Shown here: positions 62,686-64,000 of the stretch, piece by piece | Layout of the letters: each line of letters begins with the position of its first letter | How positions within the stretch are numbered: position 1 is the stretch's first letter | Assembly (NCBI RefSeq): GCF_022045235.1 | Contig: NW_027266272.1 | Coordinates: 29,202,001-29,266,000 of the forward strand | DNA: 64,000 nt | Reading direction: 5' to 3' | Source: Haliotis cracherodii | Taxonomy: Eukaryota | Program-made: the position numbers and the translations under genes | Notes under the pieces: model-generated | What the model was told of the DNA's origin: nothing | Database searches by the model: none | Seen by the model: the letters and a program-made list of their open reading frames with translations, nothing else

Positions 62686-62850
62686 ATCTCTAAAGAACAC
62701 GCTTAGTAATTTAAATGTGAGATACTCATTTAAAGGTATCTCTAAAGAACACCACGCTTAGTAATTTAAATGTGAGATACTCATTTAAAGGTATCTCTAA
62801 AGAACACCACGCTTAGTAATTTAAATGTGGGACACTCATTTAAAGGTATC
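62686..62850. repeat. 52-55 bp tandem repeat x3 inside the MULE, upstream of the transposase
   Basis: ATCTCTAAAGAACAC... starts at 62686, 62738 and 62793; each unit has an internal TTTAAATG/CATTTAAA inverted repeat. Confidence 0.92.
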
Positions 62851-62990
62851 GGTAATCGGATTAATTAATTACCCGCTAGAATAGGTGAAATGCACTCAGC
62901 TGTAAATGTGGCTCTACCGGCAATAGCCATTTCTGAAATGTGGCGCTCCCGGCTAGACACCGAATAACCTGTTCACTTAATCTGACATAC

Positions 62991-63088
62991 CTTCACCAGC
63001 ACCTTCTTTTTGTCCATAGGTTTAACTACTTCTCCAACATATGATCCCTGTTCTTGCAGCAGCTGCAACTCCTCTCTCAACATCCTCA
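62991..63088 (-). CDS. PSMC5: Rpt6 exon
   Basis: (V)[32 protein letters not shown]; phases 1/0. Confidence 0.96.
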
Positions 63089-63610
63089 CTGATGAAGCAA
63101 GAAGAGTTAGCTATACCCCATGCAAAACGCTTGCAATTGCTCAACAAAACATATATAATTACTTATCCAGCGTATTATCAATGATAATATCTCCAATCTT
63201 TCATGATATAAACCCTGGTCTCATCAGCTCATAGCTACAACAGCTTCGTTATGAGTCCAGTTCGAGAGCTGACACTAAATGTAGCTGTCCAATCAAAATT
63301 ACACTCATGTGCAAGAGATGTTTTGTGGGAAGTTATTGACTTATTATGTCACTTCCAAAAGTGGCTATGGTTGAAAGATTGTGAGAAGACCCATGGCATT
63401 TATCAAAGATGTTACAATGCACTGAATAAATGAGGTGAGTCTGTGTGGTTATCACTCAGCAATATTCCAGTTATATGACAACAGCCTGTAAATAATCGAG
63501 TCTTAACTGATAATATGATCAGGCTTCCAATCAAGTCACCAAAACTGACCACCTGATTGCATTTATAACCAGCTTAGGTTGCTAGGGATCAAGTCTATCT
63601 GTAATAATGA

Positions 63611-63776
63611 GTGAGTGAGTACGGTTTTACGCCACTTTTAGCAATATTCCAGCAATATCACTGCCGGGGACACCAGAAATGGGCTTCACACATTGTACTC
63701 ATGTCGGGAATCGAACCCGGATCATTGGCGCAACGAGCGAACGCTTTAACCACAATGCTTCTTGACCGCCCCAGAA
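63611..63776 (-). mobile_element. tRNA-derived SINE (family A) with 9-bp TSD
   Basis: TAATAATGA at 63602-63610 and 63777-63785; highly similar to the 60281 copy. Confidence 0.87.
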
Positions 63777-63811
63777 TAATAATGAAACGGCATCAGAAAT
63801 TTGTCTTTTAC

Positions 63812-63881
63812 CTTTTGCATTCAATTCATTTCTCTGTGCTTCTAATCGTCTTAAGTTCTGGGTCTTTTCAGTGACCACAAG
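63812..63881 (-). CDS. PSMC5: Rpt6 exon (coiled coil); most 5' exon in the window, start codon lies beyond 64000
   Basis: TTTTCAG| LVVTEKTQNLRRLEAQRNELNAK |GTAAAA. The 11 exons join in frame: 1125 nt = 374 aa + stop. Confidence 0.95.
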
Positions 63882-64000
63882 CTGAAAATAAACCCAAAGT
63901 CTTACTTTAAATCCTTGTAACATACCAACAAACTTTAAGTCTTCATATGACTAACCATGTTATGACACTCTGTAACTCAACAGTAATTTTCTGGAATATA

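Larger units (their letters stand above)
60949..62961 (-). mobile_element. Complete Mutator-like (MULE) DNA transposon, 2013 bp, in a PSMC5 intron
   Basis: 8-bp TSD GAATAACC (60941-60948, 62962-62969); imperfect ~38-bp TIRs GGT..C..GCCGG.A..GCCACATTTC..AAAT; intact transposase ORF. Confidence 0.92.

Overview
Eukaryotic animal genomic DNA, most likely a mollusc. The SINE repertoire resembles abalone/Haliotis elements from memory; this is an inference and was not checked. Positions 1-~21,634 are a complex, almost G-free polypyrimidine satellite with a ~20-bp monomer (CTTCCCCTCCATCCTCCCTA); the Pro/Ser/Leu-rich ORFs there are compositional artefacts. Two convergent intron-containing genes follow. 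The first is a complete chondroitin polymerizing factor gene (CHPF/CHPF2-like, + strand, 5 coding exons, 29,711-39,255, 770 aa), with a probable non-coding first exon near 22.4-22.7 kb. The second is the 26S proteasome ATPase Rpt6/PSMC5 (- strand, 11 coding exons, 63,881-51,702), whose first ~32 codons lie beyond the window. Introns and the intergenic gap are dense with transposons: an intact 2-kb FLYWCH-MULE in a PSMC5 intron, a Kolobok-like element with nested insertions, two decayed long-spacer Tc1/mariner (Sailor-like) transposases, a DIRS RT/RNase H relic, Helentron/pearl-type MITEs carrying ~170-bp repeats, three CAG-ended elements with 5-bp TSDs, several tRNA-derived SINEs and minisatellites. 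I found no clearly novel multi-gene system. The best leads are the satellite and its possible piggyBac-like boundary, the intact MULE, the 5-bp-TSD elements, an intronic hairpin and a divergent Rpt6 tail.
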